A DNA stretch of 64,000 nt from Candidatus Hydrogenedentota bacterium (GTDB taxonomy: Bacteria; Hydrogenedentota; Hydrogenedentia; Hydrogenedentales; JAEUWI01): NCBI GenBank assembly GCA_034669905.1, contig JAXMOL010000006.1, forward strand, positions 64,001 through 128,000. Reading direction: 5' to 3'. A program made the translations under genes and the position numbers. Below the pieces are notes generated by a model that saw nothing but the letters and a program-made list of their open reading frames with translations, ran no database searches and was not told where the DNA came from. This document shows, piece after piece, positions 22,232-31,984 of the stretch (its first letter is position 1; each line of letters starts with the position of its first letter).

Positions 22232-24581
22232 TCGCAGAGAGTTTATTCGCCGTTCTGCCCAGCTTGCGGCCCTTGCTGCGCTGGGGGTTCCCCTGCCTGA
22301 AGGGGCATCGGCCGCCGTCAATCTGCCAGACGGACTGCATTGGCAGAAGGCTCCTTGCCGTTTTTGCGGCACGGGCTGTGGCGTGATGGTGGGGGTGCAG
22401 GGTGGTCGGGTCGTGGCGGTACAGGGCGATCCGGACAACGGAGTCAACAAGGGCCTTCTTTGCGCCAAAGGCTACCATGCCGGCGGGATTCTCTATGGCA
22501 AGGACCGGCTGACCCATCCGCTTATCCGGAAGAACGGGGTCTACGAGAAGGCCAGTTGGGATGAGGCCATCGAGCTCATTGCCGATTCGATCATGGCGGA
22601 TCCGGACCGCTTCAGCATTTATGGGTCGGGGCAATGGACCGTGCCCGAAGGCTATCAGAATTCCAAGTTTATCAAGGCGGGGCTGAGCAACAACCATCTG
22701 GAGCCCAATGCACGGTTGTGTATGGCGAGTGCGGCCGTCGGCCTCATCAGCACCTTCGGCGTGGATGAGCCGTCGGGCTGCTACGAGGATCTGGATGAAT
22801 GCGACACGGTCATTACCTGGGGGAACAACTGGGCAGAAATGCACCCCGTGCTTTTCTCGCGATTCATGGACCGGAAAAAAGCCCTGCCCAAGTTTCAGTC
22901 CGCCCGGATGACTTATATTGACATGGCCACCCGCAAGACCCGTTCGACCCAATCGGCCGATATCTACATGGAGTTTGTGCCTCAGACGGATATGGTGATC
23001 GCGAATTGTATCTGCTATCAGCTGCTGAAGAACGACACCTACGACAAGGACTTCGTGGCGAAACACACCCGATTCCAGGCAGACGACGGTTCGGAAATGG
23101 ACCTGGAGGCCTTTCGCACCTTTCTCGAAGACTACACGCTCGAGAAGGCGTCGGCCCTGTCGGGGGTTTCGATCGGTCATCTGAAGATGCTGGGCGACCT
23201 GTTTGGCGACCCCAAGCGTAAGGTCGTTTCGCTCTGGTGTATGGGGCTGAACCAGCATACCCGTGGTACGGCCGTGAACAACCTGGTCTACAACGTGCAC
23301 CTGCTCGCGGGTAAGATCGGCAAACCGGGTTCGACACCCTTCTCCTTGACGGGGCAGCCCAGTGCCTGTGGGACAGCCCGGGAAGTGGGTACCTTTGCCC
23401 ATGCCCTGCCCTCGGGGCGGCTCGTGGCCAACGAAGAACACCGCAAGGAGTGCGAGGACCTTTGGAACGCCGTGCCCGGTGCCATCAACCCCAAGCCGGG
23501 TTTCCATACGGTACAGATGTTTGAAGCCCTGGCGGCGGGCGAACTGACGGGGATGTGGGTCCAGGTGACCAATCCGGGTCAGAGTATGCCCCACCTGCAC
23601 AAGAACCTCGCCAATGCGGAAGACCGCTTTCTGGTGGTGTCCGATGTCTATCCCACCGCCACCACCCGTCTGGCCAAGGTCGTCTTGCCGTCGGCGCTCT
23701 GGGTGGAGAAGAATGGGGTGTTCGGCAACTCGGAACGACGTACCCAGCAGTGGTTTAAGGCCGTGGACCCGCCCGGGGAAGCGCGGGACGACGTGTGGCA
23801 GGTTTTGGCGGTGGCTCACCGCATGTATGAAAAGGGTTTCAAGGGCCTTCGTGACCGGGATGGGAACTTCTTGCTCGCCATCCGCGACGAAAATGGCCAG
23901 GAAATTGAAGCGTGGAAATGGGAAGTTTTCAACACGGTCAACGTGGACCGCATCCTCTACAACGAGTATCGGGCGCTTACGACTAAGAAACATAAGGACC
24001 TGGCGCCCTACGATGTACTGGCGGAGCACCATGGATTGCGTTGGCCGGTGGTTCAGGACGATGCCGGTATCTGGCGCGAAACAACCCGCCGCTTTGTGGA
24101 GGGAGAAGATCCTTATGTGGAAAAGGGAAAGGGCATCCAGTTCTATGGCGCCAAGGCAGGGGATGACCGGGCCATTATCTGGGCCCGGCCCTACGTGGCG
24201 CCGCCAGAGGTGCCTGACGCGGAGTATCCATTGTGGTTGTGCACGGGCCGCGTCCTGGAACATTGGCATACCGGTACCATGACCCAGCGCGTCAAAGAAC
24301 TGCATAACGCCATGCCCCGGGCCTACGTGGAGTTCCACCCCATGGATGCCAACGAACTCGGGATTCAGGATGGCGATACGATTCGGGTCCAATCCCGGCG
24401 GGGCTCCATGGTACTCCCGGCGTGGGTGCGGGGTCGGGGGATGCCGGCCCGTGGTGCTGTATTTGTGCCCTTCTTCGACGAGAACAAACTGATTAACGAA
24501 GTAACGCTCGATGCTTTTTGTCCCCAATCGAAACAGCCCGACTACAAGAAATGTGCCGTAAGGGTGGAGAAAGTGGGATGA
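22221..24581 (+). CDS. napA: Periplasmic nitrate reductase catalytic subunit
   Basis: Tat motif SRREFI, CRFCGTGC 4Fe-4S motif, NARLCMASA, SLTGQPSACGTAREVG, TGRVLEHWHTG, DYKKCAV. Confidence 0.96.
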   Translation: MPTSRREFIRRSAQLAALAALGVPLPEGASAAVNLPDGLHWQKAPCRFCGTGCGVMVGVQGGRVVAVQGDPDNGVNKGLLCAKGYHAGGILYGKDRLTHPLIRKNGVYEKASWDEAIELIADSIMADPDRFSIYGSGQWTVPEGYQNSKFIKAGLSNNHLEPNARLCMASAAVGLISTFGVDEPSGCYEDLDECDTVITWGNNWAEMHPVLFSRFMDRKKALPKFQSARMTYIDMATRKTRSTQSADIYMEFVPQTDMVIANCICYQLLKNDTYDKDFVAKHTRFQADDGSEMDLEAFRTFLEDYTLEKASALSGVSIGHLKMLGDLFGDPKRKVVSLWCMGLNQHTRGTAVNNLVYNVHLLAGKIGKPGSTPFSLTGQPSACGTAREVGTFAHALPSGRLVANEEHRKECEDLWNAVPGAINPKPGFHTVQMFEALAAGELTGMWVQVTNPGQSMPHLHKNLANAEDRFLVVSDVYPTATTRLAKVVLPSALWVEKNGVFGNSERRTQQWFKAVDPPGEARDDVWQVLAVAHRMYEKGFKGLRDRDGNFLLAIRDENGQEIEAWKWEVFNTVNVDRILYNEYRALTTKKHKDLAPYDVLAEHHGLRWPVVQDDAGIWRETTRRFVEGEDPYVEKGKGIQFYGAKAGDDRAIIWARPYVAPPEVPDAEYPLWLCTGRVLEHWHTGTMTQRVKELHNAMPRAYVEFHPMDANELGIQDGDTIRVQSRRGSMVLPAWVRGRGMPARGAVFVPFFDENKLINEVTLDAFCPQSKQPDYKKCAVRVEKVG

Positions 24582-25195
24582 GATACCTCGCCGTTATTCC
24601 GGTTCTTTGCGCAGGCGCTATCAGCTTTTGCCTTACCGTCTTCCAGGTGGACGCGGAAACCGCCGTTCCTGCCGCTGCCTCGCCCTCCGCACCAGCGGCG
24701 GTGGGCGTAGACCCGGCCGTCGCGGAAGAGCGTGTTGCACGGACATCTCGCCGGGCCTTTTACACCGCCCCGCCCGTCATACCCCATGAGCTCTTTCCCG
24801 CGTCTGCGGGCGATTGTCTTACCTGTCACCGGGAAGAGGGGATCTACTTTGGCAAGGTGAGCAGTAAGACGCCCCACCCCGAGCTGGTCAATTGTAATCA
24901 GTGCCACCTGCCCTCACGGCCCGCCTTTGCCGAAGTCGAAGCGGCGCCGGCCCCGACCACCTGGAAAGGGCTGGAGAGTCCCACCGACGGGACCCGTGCC
25001 CACGTGGTAGCCCCGCCCACGATGCCCCACCGGAAGTTACTCCGGGAGAACTGCCAGAGTTGTCACAGTGCGCAAAGCCCCTTTGCCTCCATGCGGGGCC
25101 CCCATCCAGAGCGAAGTAGTTGCACCCAGTGCCATGTGGCCGTATCGGAATACGAGTTTCGCATTGACCACAGTGCCCTGTTGCCGACCCGTTGA
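24578..25195 (+). CDS. napB: NapB-like c-type cytochrome, internally duplicated, 4 hemes
   Basis: Signal peptide; CLTCH, CNQCH, CQSCH, CTQCH; two PP-x-(I/M)PH motifs; ATGA overlap with napA. Confidence 0.8.
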   Translation: MRYLAVIPVLCAGAISFCLTVFQVDAETAVPAAASPSAPAAVGVDPAVAEERVARTSRRAFYTAPPVIPHELFPASAGDCLTCHREEGIYFGKVSSKTPHPELVNCNQCHLPSRPAFAEVEAAPAPTTWKGLESPTDGTRAHVVAPPTMPHRKLLRENCQSCHSAQSPFASMRGPHPERSSCTQCHVAVSEYEFRIDHSALLPTR

Positions 25196-25278
25196 CCGGG
25201 CTTGCTGTTCCCGTCGTAGCTCCCTTATGCTCTGAAGTATGAGAAGGAGCGTGCGGCGTGTATGCAGGGGTTGAAAAT

Positions 25279-25752
25279 ATGACGGAGTTCTTCGTGGACG
25301 TAGCCCCCCTGACGTGGGGTGGGCTTGGCGCTTGCCTGTTGTCGGGGGGGATTATCGGGCTGGAGCGCCAATACAGGGGTAAGCCGGTTGGGGTTCGAAC
25401 CTGCGTATTGATTTGCCTGGGGACCTACGTGTTCGTGAAGGTGGGCCTTTCCACGACAACCCCGACTTCTGACCCCACCCGCATAATTGGTCAGATCGTG
25501 ACGGGCATTGGCTTTATCGGGGCCGGGGTCATGCTTACCCGGGATGGCTCCGTGGTTGGGGCCACTTCGGCGGCGGATATCTGGATGATGGCCGCTATCG
25601 GGGTAGTTATCGCGGTCGCTTCCCCATGGCTGGGTATCAAACTCGCCGTGCTATCGGTGGTGACCCTGTTGGGGGTCCAATATCTGGAGGTCCGGATGCG
25701 GCGCAGAGCCCTCGGGCGGGGAAAGACGCTGGGTGATAAGCCTTCGGAATAA
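25279..25752 (+). CDS. MgtC/SapB family membrane protein
   Basis: IIGLERQ...GVRT, DPTRIIGQIVTGIGFIGAG, TSAA-x-IW. Confidence 0.92.
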   Translation: MTEFFVDVAPLTWGGLGACLLSGGIIGLERQYRGKPVGVRTCVLICLGTYVFVKVGLSTTTPTSDPTRIIGQIVTGIGFIGAGVMLTRDGSVVGATSAADIWMMAAIGVVIAVASPWLGIKLAVLSVVTLLGVQYLEVRMRRRALGRGKTLGDKPSE

Positions 25753-25834
25753 ACGGGAGCACCTGGAAGGCATCGTGCGGTCCGTCGTGGACGGTGAGTT
25801 CGGGGCAACCCCGTAGCCGAATTTCGCAGGAAAC

Positions 25835-26311
25835 TCAGACCTGCTCATCCTCTTCTGTCGGCTCGTCTTGCTTGTCCCACGGAAACTCACCATCTTCCAA
25901 GGCCGCCATGAGGGTGGCCTCCTGGGAGATAAAGGGTGTCTGCACGGCGGTATAGACCTGACGGGTGTGGCGGTAGGCGTAGAGGGGGCCGGCGGCAACC
26001 AGAAGCAGGATCATGGCGACGGCGAATCGGGGTACGGTGCCGGGGATTTTCAGGGGCGGTAATTGATAGCGAATAACCTGTTCCAACGGGTCAACGGTCT
26101 TCATGTCGGCCTGTAGCGCACGGAAGGACAAGGGGGCGCCGTGATACTGGAGGGCGCAATCGCCGATGACCAGCAGGGATTCTATCGCATCGCGCTCCTC
26201 AGCACATGCCGGGCACGTCGTCAGGTGATGGCATACTTCTTCCCTGCGCCGGGGCCTTAGGTCCCCATCGATGAGGGCCGGAATATCGCGGCGTATGTGT
26301 TGACACGTCAT
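25835..26311 (-). CDS. Zinc-binding (ZAS/zf-HC2) transmembrane anti-sigma factor
   Basis: MTC...IDGDL...HLTTCPAC (HxxxCxxC), single TM helix; downstream of ECF sigma. Confidence 0.88.
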   Translation of the reverse strand: MTCQHIRRDIPALIDGDLRPRRREEVCHHLTTCPACAEERDAIESLLVIGDCALQYHGAPLSFRALQADMKTVDPLEQVIRYQLPPLKIPGTVPRFAVAMILLLVAAGPLYAYRHTRQVYTAVQTPFISQEATLMAALEDGEFPWDKQDEPTEEDEQV

Positions 26312-26429
26312 GAGCAAAATGCTCCTCTGGCCGAGTGGAAATCGGGAAGTCCGGGACGGTGACCAATTCCGTCCGTCGCATTTCCCGGCGCGCTCGACAC
26401 GCTCTGTATACTGCAAAGCAACATCGTAA

Positions 26430-27032
26430 TTATCGTGTGGACACCACACCGTGTCTATCGCCATCCCATAGGGTGGCCAGGAGGTGTCGCAGTTTCTTCA
26501 CCGCCAGTATTTTTCGTGACCGTACGGTGTTTACGGGACAGTCCAGAATACTGGCGATGTCTTCCAGCGAAAGGCCATCAATCGACCGCAATACGAAGAC
26601 CAGCCGTTGTTCTTCCGGCAACTGGTCCAGGGCGCGGTGAATATGTTCGTGAAGTTCGGTGCGACGGGCCTGATAGGCCGGGCAGTCCGTGAGATGCCCG
26701 GAGAGTCCGTTAAGGGCTTCCTCATCCAGACGGGTGCCCAGTTTCCAGGCCTTTTGTTCGCTGCGGCATGACTCGAGCCAGATCATCCGCGCCACCCCGA
26801 AGAGATAGGCAGGGAAGGAGCCCGAGGCCTGGTAGCGTTTCCGAATCTTCCAGATGCGCAAGAAGGTGTCTTGGGCTAAATCACGTGCTGTACTGGGGTT
26901 GCGGGAAAGGCCGTAGAAGAAATTCAACAGCTTGTGCTGGTAGCGCTCAAACAAGCGTTCAAAGGCACACTCGTCCCCTCCGCGCACTCGCATCATCAGC
27001 GCGATGTCTTCCATTGGCGTTGTCTGTTCCAT
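26430..27032 (-). CDS. ECF RNA polymerase sigma factor
   Basis: Region 2 DLAQDTFLRIW; region 4 LPEEQRLVF...EDIASILDCPVNTVRSR. Confidence 0.94.
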   Translation of the reverse strand: MEQTTPMEDIALMMRVRGGDECAFERLFERYQHKLLNFFYGLSRNPSTARDLAQDTFLRIWKIRKRYQASGSFPAYLFGVARMIWLESCRSEQKAWKLGTRLDEEALNGLSGHLTDCPAYQARRTELHEHIHRALDQLPEEQRLVFVLRSIDGLSLEDIASILDCPVNTVRSRKILAVKKLRHLLATLWDGDRHGVVSTR

Positions 27033-27242
27033 AAGACTTCCTCGTACCAACACTACTATGACGTGGGACTTCCAAGGCGATCAAACTTTTTTTCGCCACG
27101 GTTCGGGACCAGAATCGCCCGGGACGGAACAGCACGCCCTTCGATTTTTGTGGCGGTCCAACAGCGAATCGTGGCACTATGGGGGGTGCCAGTGAGTGAA
27201 GCGTGATGAAAATGCGTAAATAGTAATCGCGGGAGGTTTGGG

Positions 27243-29645
27243 GTGCAGCTGAATGTGTCGCCCAATATTGCTGAGGTCTTGGAAAAGGCTGCGGCAATCA
27301 GTGCCAATCAGGGAAACTACTTCGTAGGTGTCTGCCACGTCTTTGCCGCCTTGCTGGACTCTTCCGACAAGCTGCCGGAATGTGTTCGGGAGCGACACCT
27401 GAGCAACCTGTTTTCCGTGCAGCGTGAGACGAACCGCAAGCTCTGGCGGGGACACGCCGCGGTACCCTCCGGCGAAACCTTTTACACGCCCCGGTGCATC
27501 CAGTTGACGACCCAGGCCAGCAAATTGGCCCAGCGTATTGGTCATGGGACACCAGTGGCCGGCCACCTCCTGCTGGCCATCTTAAAGGACGATGTTTCCG
27601 CCCCGTCGCGGGCCATGGATGCATTAAAACTGGATCGCACCGCCTGTACCAAGCAGATTCAGGCGGAGTTGGGCTTCATCTCTCCCCAGTCCTATAACAA
27701 AGTGACGCCCCTGCCGGCCTACTCCGATGTGCAATTGCAGAATATACCCGTGGCCAAGGGCGGAAACGCCCAGGCCGCTGCGGTGGGCGGGGGCACACCC
27801 CAGCCCGACGAATCGGTGATCCCGATCCCCGCTCAGTCGGGTCCCATGACCCGGGACCTGATGGAGGAGGCCCGCCGCGGGAATCTGCAGGTGGCCACAG
27901 GCCGCGACAACGAGATGTTTGAGATCCTCCAGATCATCAGCCGCAAGACCAAAAACAACGTGATGCTGGTGGGGGAGGCGGGGGTGGGCAAGACCCAGAT
28001 TGTGGAAGGGCTCGCCCTCCAATTGGCCCGGGAAGGCAAGGCGCTGGGCCTGCCCGATTTCCGAATCCTGGAGTTAAACGTGGCCGCCCTCATGACGGGC
28101 ACCCAATACCGGGGTGCCTTTGAGGAGAAGGTGCTGGCCCTCATCGATGAAGTGAAGCGTTCGGAAAACTGCGTGCTCTTTATCGATGAAGTGCATTTAA
28201 TTATGGGGGCCGGGGCCAGTGATGGGGACGGCATGGACCTCGCCAATCTCCTCAAGCCCGAATTGGCGCGGGGCGAGTTTCGATGTATTGGTGCCACGAC
28301 CCTGCAGGAGTTCCGCAAATTTGTGGAGCGGGATGCGGCCATTGAGCGCCGCTTTCAGATGGTGCGGGTGGAAGAGCTGTCTCCCGAGGCGTCCCTGGAG
28401 GTGCTCAAGCGCCTTCGGGTTACCCTGGAGAAGCACCACGACGTGCACATTCGCCGGCGTACGCTCCAGGCCGCTATCGATTTAACGGTCCGCTATATGC
28501 CCAACCGCAATCTGCCAGACAAGGCGATTGACGTGCTCGATCAGGCCTGTGCCCGCCACCGGCTGCGCTCGCTCATGATGAAGAAGCGGGCGAGTCATTT
28601 TGATAGCGATCCCGATGGTTCATCGGAGCGCAGCGTGACGCCCCACTCGGTGCGGAAGGTGATTAGTCAGGTGACCGCCATCCCCCTGGAGCAACTCACG
28701 GCAGAAGAGCGCAAATACCTGGGTAACATTGAGCAGATCATCAAGCAGCAGCTTATTGGACAAGACGAAGCGGTTTCCCGCTCGGTGTCGGCAGTGAAAA
28801 AATCACGGGCAGGTCTTTCGGACCCCAATCGCCCGGATGCGACCATGCTGTTCCTGGGGCCGACGGGGGTGGGGAAGACCCAGCTGGCCAAATTGCTGGC
28901 CCGTTACCTTTTCGGCTCCTCCAACCACCTGATCGCCTTTGACATGTCGGAGTATTCCGAAGAACATTCGGTGTCCAAGCTTATCGGGGCGCCGGCAGGT
29001 TACGTGGGCCACGAAGAGGAAGGCGTGTTGACCGGGGCCGTAAAGAATGCGCCCTTCTCCATTCTCCTCTTTGATGAAATTGAAAAGGCCCATTCCCGCA
29101 TCTTTGATTTGTTCCTGCCTATCTTCGACGAAGGTCGCCTTCGGGATGCCCGGGGGCGCGAAGTGGATTTCAAGAATTGCATCATCATCATTACGTCTAA
29201 CATCGGTGCTGACTTGCTGTACCACGCCGATTCGGCCGTGAGTCAGGATGCCCTGGTGGATGCCCTCCGCGCGCATTTTCGACCGGAGTTTGTGAATCGC
29301 ATCGATCAAATCGTGCCTTTCTATCCGCTCCTGGCAGAAGACATTCGTCAGATTCTTCGTCTGGAAGTCAACGCCTTGCGGCGACGGCTCCGCGATCAGA
29401 ATATTGGCATCCGCATGTATCAGCGGGCCTATGAATACATTGCCCAGGAGGGGTATAGCCCGCAGTTTGGTGCCCGGGAGTTGCGGCGAGCGGTCGATCG
29501 GCTGGTGGCGACCCCCATCAGCGAACGTATCATTGATGGCGCCTTTCAATCGGGGGATATGGTGGATGTGCTGCTCGATGATGATGGCGCCCTCGTGTAT
29601 CGCAAAGGCAAACCCTCCGAGAGCGGTGTGAGGAAGGCCCAATGA
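27243..29645 (+). CDS. Class I Clp/Hsp100 ATPase (two AAA+ modules, two Clp-N repeats)
   Basis: GEAGVGKT/LFIDEVH and GPTGVGKT/LLFDEIEK, pore loops QYRG and GYVG, FRPEFVNRID, FGARELRR; GGGAGG RBS. Confidence 0.95.
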   Translation: MQLNVSPNIAEVLEKAAAISANQGNYFVGVCHVFAALLDSSDKLPECVRERHLSNLFSVQRETNRKLWRGHAAVPSGETFYTPRCIQLTTQASKLAQRIGHGTPVAGHLLLAILKDDVSAPSRAMDALKLDRTACTKQIQAELGFISPQSYNKVTPLPAYSDVQLQNIPVAKGGNAQAAAVGGGTPQPDESVIPIPAQSGPMTRDLMEEARRGNLQVATGRDNEMFEILQIISRKTKNNVMLVGEAGVGKTQIVEGLALQLAREGKALGLPDFRILELNVAALMTGTQYRGAFEEKVLALIDEVKRSENCVLFIDEVHLIMGAGASDGDGMDLANLLKPELARGEFRCIGATTLQEFRKFVERDAAIERRFQMVRVEELSPEASLEVLKRLRVTLEKHHDVHIRRRTLQAAIDLTVRYMPNRNLPDKAIDVLDQACARHRLRSLMMKKRASHFDSDPDGSSERSVTPHSVRKVISQVTAIPLEQLTAEERKYLGNIEQIIKQQLIGQDEAVSRSVSAVKKSRAGLSDPNRPDATMLFLGPTGVGKTQLAKLLARYLFGSSNHLIAFDMSEYSEEHSVSKLIGAPAGYVGHEEEGVLTGAVKNAPFSILLFDEIEKAHSRIFDLFLPIFDEGRLRDARGREVDFKNCIIIITSNIGADLLYHADSAVSQDALVDALRAHFRPEFVNRIDQIVPFYPLLAEDIRQILRLEVNALRRRLRDQNIGIRMYQRAYEYIAQEGYSPQFGARELRRAVDRLVATPISERIIDGAFQSGDMVDVLLDDDGALVYRKGKPSESGVRKAQ

Positions 29646-30229
29646 GCGCACCCGACATGCTGGAAGTGATCAATGGGCCGGAGGACGGTACCGAGTTTCC
29701 TATCGCCCGTGCACCGGTCATCGTGGGCATGGACATGGCCTGTGAAGTCAATGTCCGCCTGGACGAAACGATCGACCCGTTCCATGCGCGCCTGACGGTG
29801 GTATCGGATGGGTACCGCGTACGGAAGATCCGGGGGGGAAGACTGGCCGTCAACGGAAAGCGGACCGGTGTGTTTCGGTCCCGGATCCTGCGGGCTGGCG
29901 ACATTCTCGAAGTGGGCAATACGGAGCTCTACCTGCGTTGTTCCCCGGAAGGCCTGGCGAAACGCAGCCGTGGTTTGCCGACGGAAAGCGATTTTTTCTG
30001 GACCTTAAAGACGGTCGGCAAACGAGCGATTCGGCTGGTAAGTGTGCGGCTTCTGTTTCCCCAGCATGCCGTTGGTCGATTGATTCGCTTGCTGGTGATT
30101 CTGTTCGTCGGTGCAACGATTGTCGGCTATTTCTGGCCTGACGCCGTATCCTACGCGCGGTATTATGTCACCCATTACGTGGGGCAACTCGTACAGCTGA
30201 TTGGCCAGCTCAGCAGCGGACCCGCCTGA
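29642..30229 (+). CDS. FHA-like domain protein with C-terminal TM helix
   Basis: LEVINGP..G.EF, HARL, VNGKR, LRAGDILEVG; hydrophobic helix LLVILFVGATIVGYFW; ATGA overlap with Clp gene. Confidence 0.82.
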   Translation: MSAPDMLEVINGPEDGTEFPIARAPVIVGMDMACEVNVRLDETIDPFHARLTVVSDGYRVRKIRGGRLAVNGKRTGVFRSRILRAGDILEVGNTELYLRCSPEGLAKRSRGLPTESDFFWTLKTVGKRAIRLVSVRLLFPQHAVGRLIRLLVILFVGATIVGYFWPDAVSYARYYVTHYVGQLVQLIGQLSSGPA

Positions 30230-30240
30230 ATCTGGCCCCC

Positions 30241-31791
30241 CTATTTGTTGGTGATTTTCGGCGGAAAGGCCTGGCCGGGTTCGCGGTCGACGGGCTCCTG
30301 GCTCATGCGGTCCCAGTTAATTTCCCGGGTGATTTTCGTGCCCTTGGGTTGCTTGGCGCGAAAGGCCAGGTAGTTTCGGAAGAGGACCCGAGAGAGCAAA
30401 TCATCCGATAGGGCCAAGCCGTTCAGCGTTTCGCCGGGAATGGCCGCCGAGGTGTAGGTCTCCTTGCTGAGCATGTCGATGTAGGCCTGGAGTTGGGTGG
30501 GGGCCCAGTCGGCGTGTCTTCCGGGAATCATGACGAGATCGGAGGCAAACATGAAGCGGGTGGGGTACTTCTTAAATATGCGCTGAAATTTGGCCGGATG
30601 CTTGGAAATGTAGCCCAAACGCTCTTTCATAAAGTAGTCTCCGAAACTGACATCGGAATAGAGGTTGGGGAAGGTGTCGAGAAACTCCTCCAGCCGGAAG
30701 CTCCGCACGGAGGACAGGATGAAGTGGGGGGCGATGACCTTCAGATCGGGGTACTGGGTCAGGACGGCGATAAACTCCTGCGCAAAGCCCACCTTGCCGC
30801 CGAAGGGATTTACGTGAAAGGCGAGGGGGATACCCTTTTCCTCGCACCAGGCGTAGAAGGGCAGCATGCCGGGGTCATCCAGGGCCACCGTGTGAAACAT
30901 GTATTCATGCTCTTTGGTGACATAGCCATGGCCCAGATAGAGTTTCACCCCCGTGGCGCCGCGCGCGACCAGGTCCTGAATCTTGGTGAGTTTCTCCGGG
31001 TCTTTGGGGTCGATGGTGGGCCAGGCTTCAAAGCGGCCGGGGTAGGTGTCGATGATCTTGATGAGTTCCTCATTGTTTTCATCGTACTCGGTGAAGCCGT
31101 AGTCCTCGTTTAAGGTGAGGGTAAACTTGGAGGTGCCCATGAGGCACATCTTCTGAATGCCCAGGGCATCCATGGTTTCGATAAACTGGGGGGCCAGTTC
31201 GAGGGATGCAATGTGCTCATGAACGTCGATGATGAGGCCCTGCTCCTGCATCGCCGCGAGGCTCATGGGCCCGGGATCGCCCCAATCGGGTTCGATAGTC
31301 GCGGCCGACTCGGGGGTGGCGCTGTCTTCGGGGGCTGTCGCTTCGGCGGACTGGTCGGAGCTTGGGGTATCGGGCACGGCGGAAATGGGCGAGGATTGAG
31401 AGGCCCGCCCGGCAAAAAAGACCGCCACAAAGCCCGCCAACACGGCGAGCGCTACGATGAGGGGGATGACGACGTTGCTGGGCTCGGCCGTTGGCGTGGG
31501 GGGGGAAGCCTTTTCTGGCGCGGTATTGCGCAGGTGCCGGGTGACTTCACTTCGGGAGTGCTCGGTCGGCGGTGCGGTTGGCGGGTTTGGTTGGTGATCC
31601 GCAGGCAGCAAGGCATCTTTCAGTGACGGGGTTTCGCCATAGGTGTCCCGGGGTACGGAACGTTCCGGAGGCGTGTCTCGACCGGGCTCTTTGGGGAGTA
31701 AGGCGTCCTTGAGGGACGGTTCGGGATCGTCAGGATTGCGCTTGTCGCGATCATCATGCATGAGAGAAAACTGCCTGTCGTGTTGGTCCAC
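30241..31791 (-). CDS. Membrane-anchored amidohydrolase-superfamily (Amidohydro_2-like) protein
   Basis: IIDVHEH, GVKLY, FHV, APHF, FMFASD; preceded by disordered N-terminus, TM helix and Pro/Ser/Glu linker. Confidence 0.82.
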   Translation of the reverse strand: MDQHDRQFSLMHDDRDKRNPDDPEPSLKDALLPKEPGRDTPPERSVPRDTYGETPSLKDALLPADHQPNPPTAPPTEHSRSEVTRHLRNTAPEKASPPTPTAEPSNVVIPLIVALAVLAGFVAVFFAGRASQSSPISAVPDTPSSDQSAEATAPEDSATPESAATIEPDWGDPGPMSLAAMQEQGLIIDVHEHIASLELAPQFIETMDALGIQKMCLMGTSKFTLTLNEDYGFTEYDENNEELIKIIDTYPGRFEAWPTIDPKDPEKLTKIQDLVARGATGVKLYLGHGYVTKEHEYMFHTVALDDPGMLPFYAWCEEKGIPLAFHVNPFGGKVGFAQEFIAVLTQYPDLKVIAPHFILSSVRSFRLEEFLDTFPNLYSDVSFGDYFMKERLGYISKHPAKFQRIFKKYPTRFMFASDLVMIPGRHADWAPTQLQAYIDMLSKETYTSAAIPGETLNGLALSDDLLSRVLFRNYLAFRAKQPKGTKITREINWDRMSQEPVDREPGQAFPPKITNK

Positions 31792-31984
31792 GGTTTACCC
31801 GGTTAGTATAGGCGAAAGCGGTGGCCGGATACAGCCCAATCGCCCTGGGCGAGCGACCGCGCTCTCACTGCAGGCATCTCACGGGGTGGGATGGGTCCGG
31901 CGCACGAACCGGGGTACCGGATCGCGCGGCACAACGGGGCGTTTCTTGCTCGAAATTGGACGAATGCTACGGCTATTGTCCCAC

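Noticed and set aside
27243..30229. Type VI secretion locus (ClpV plus Fha)
   Set aside because: No sheath, Hcp, VgrG, baseplate or membrane-complex genes in the window
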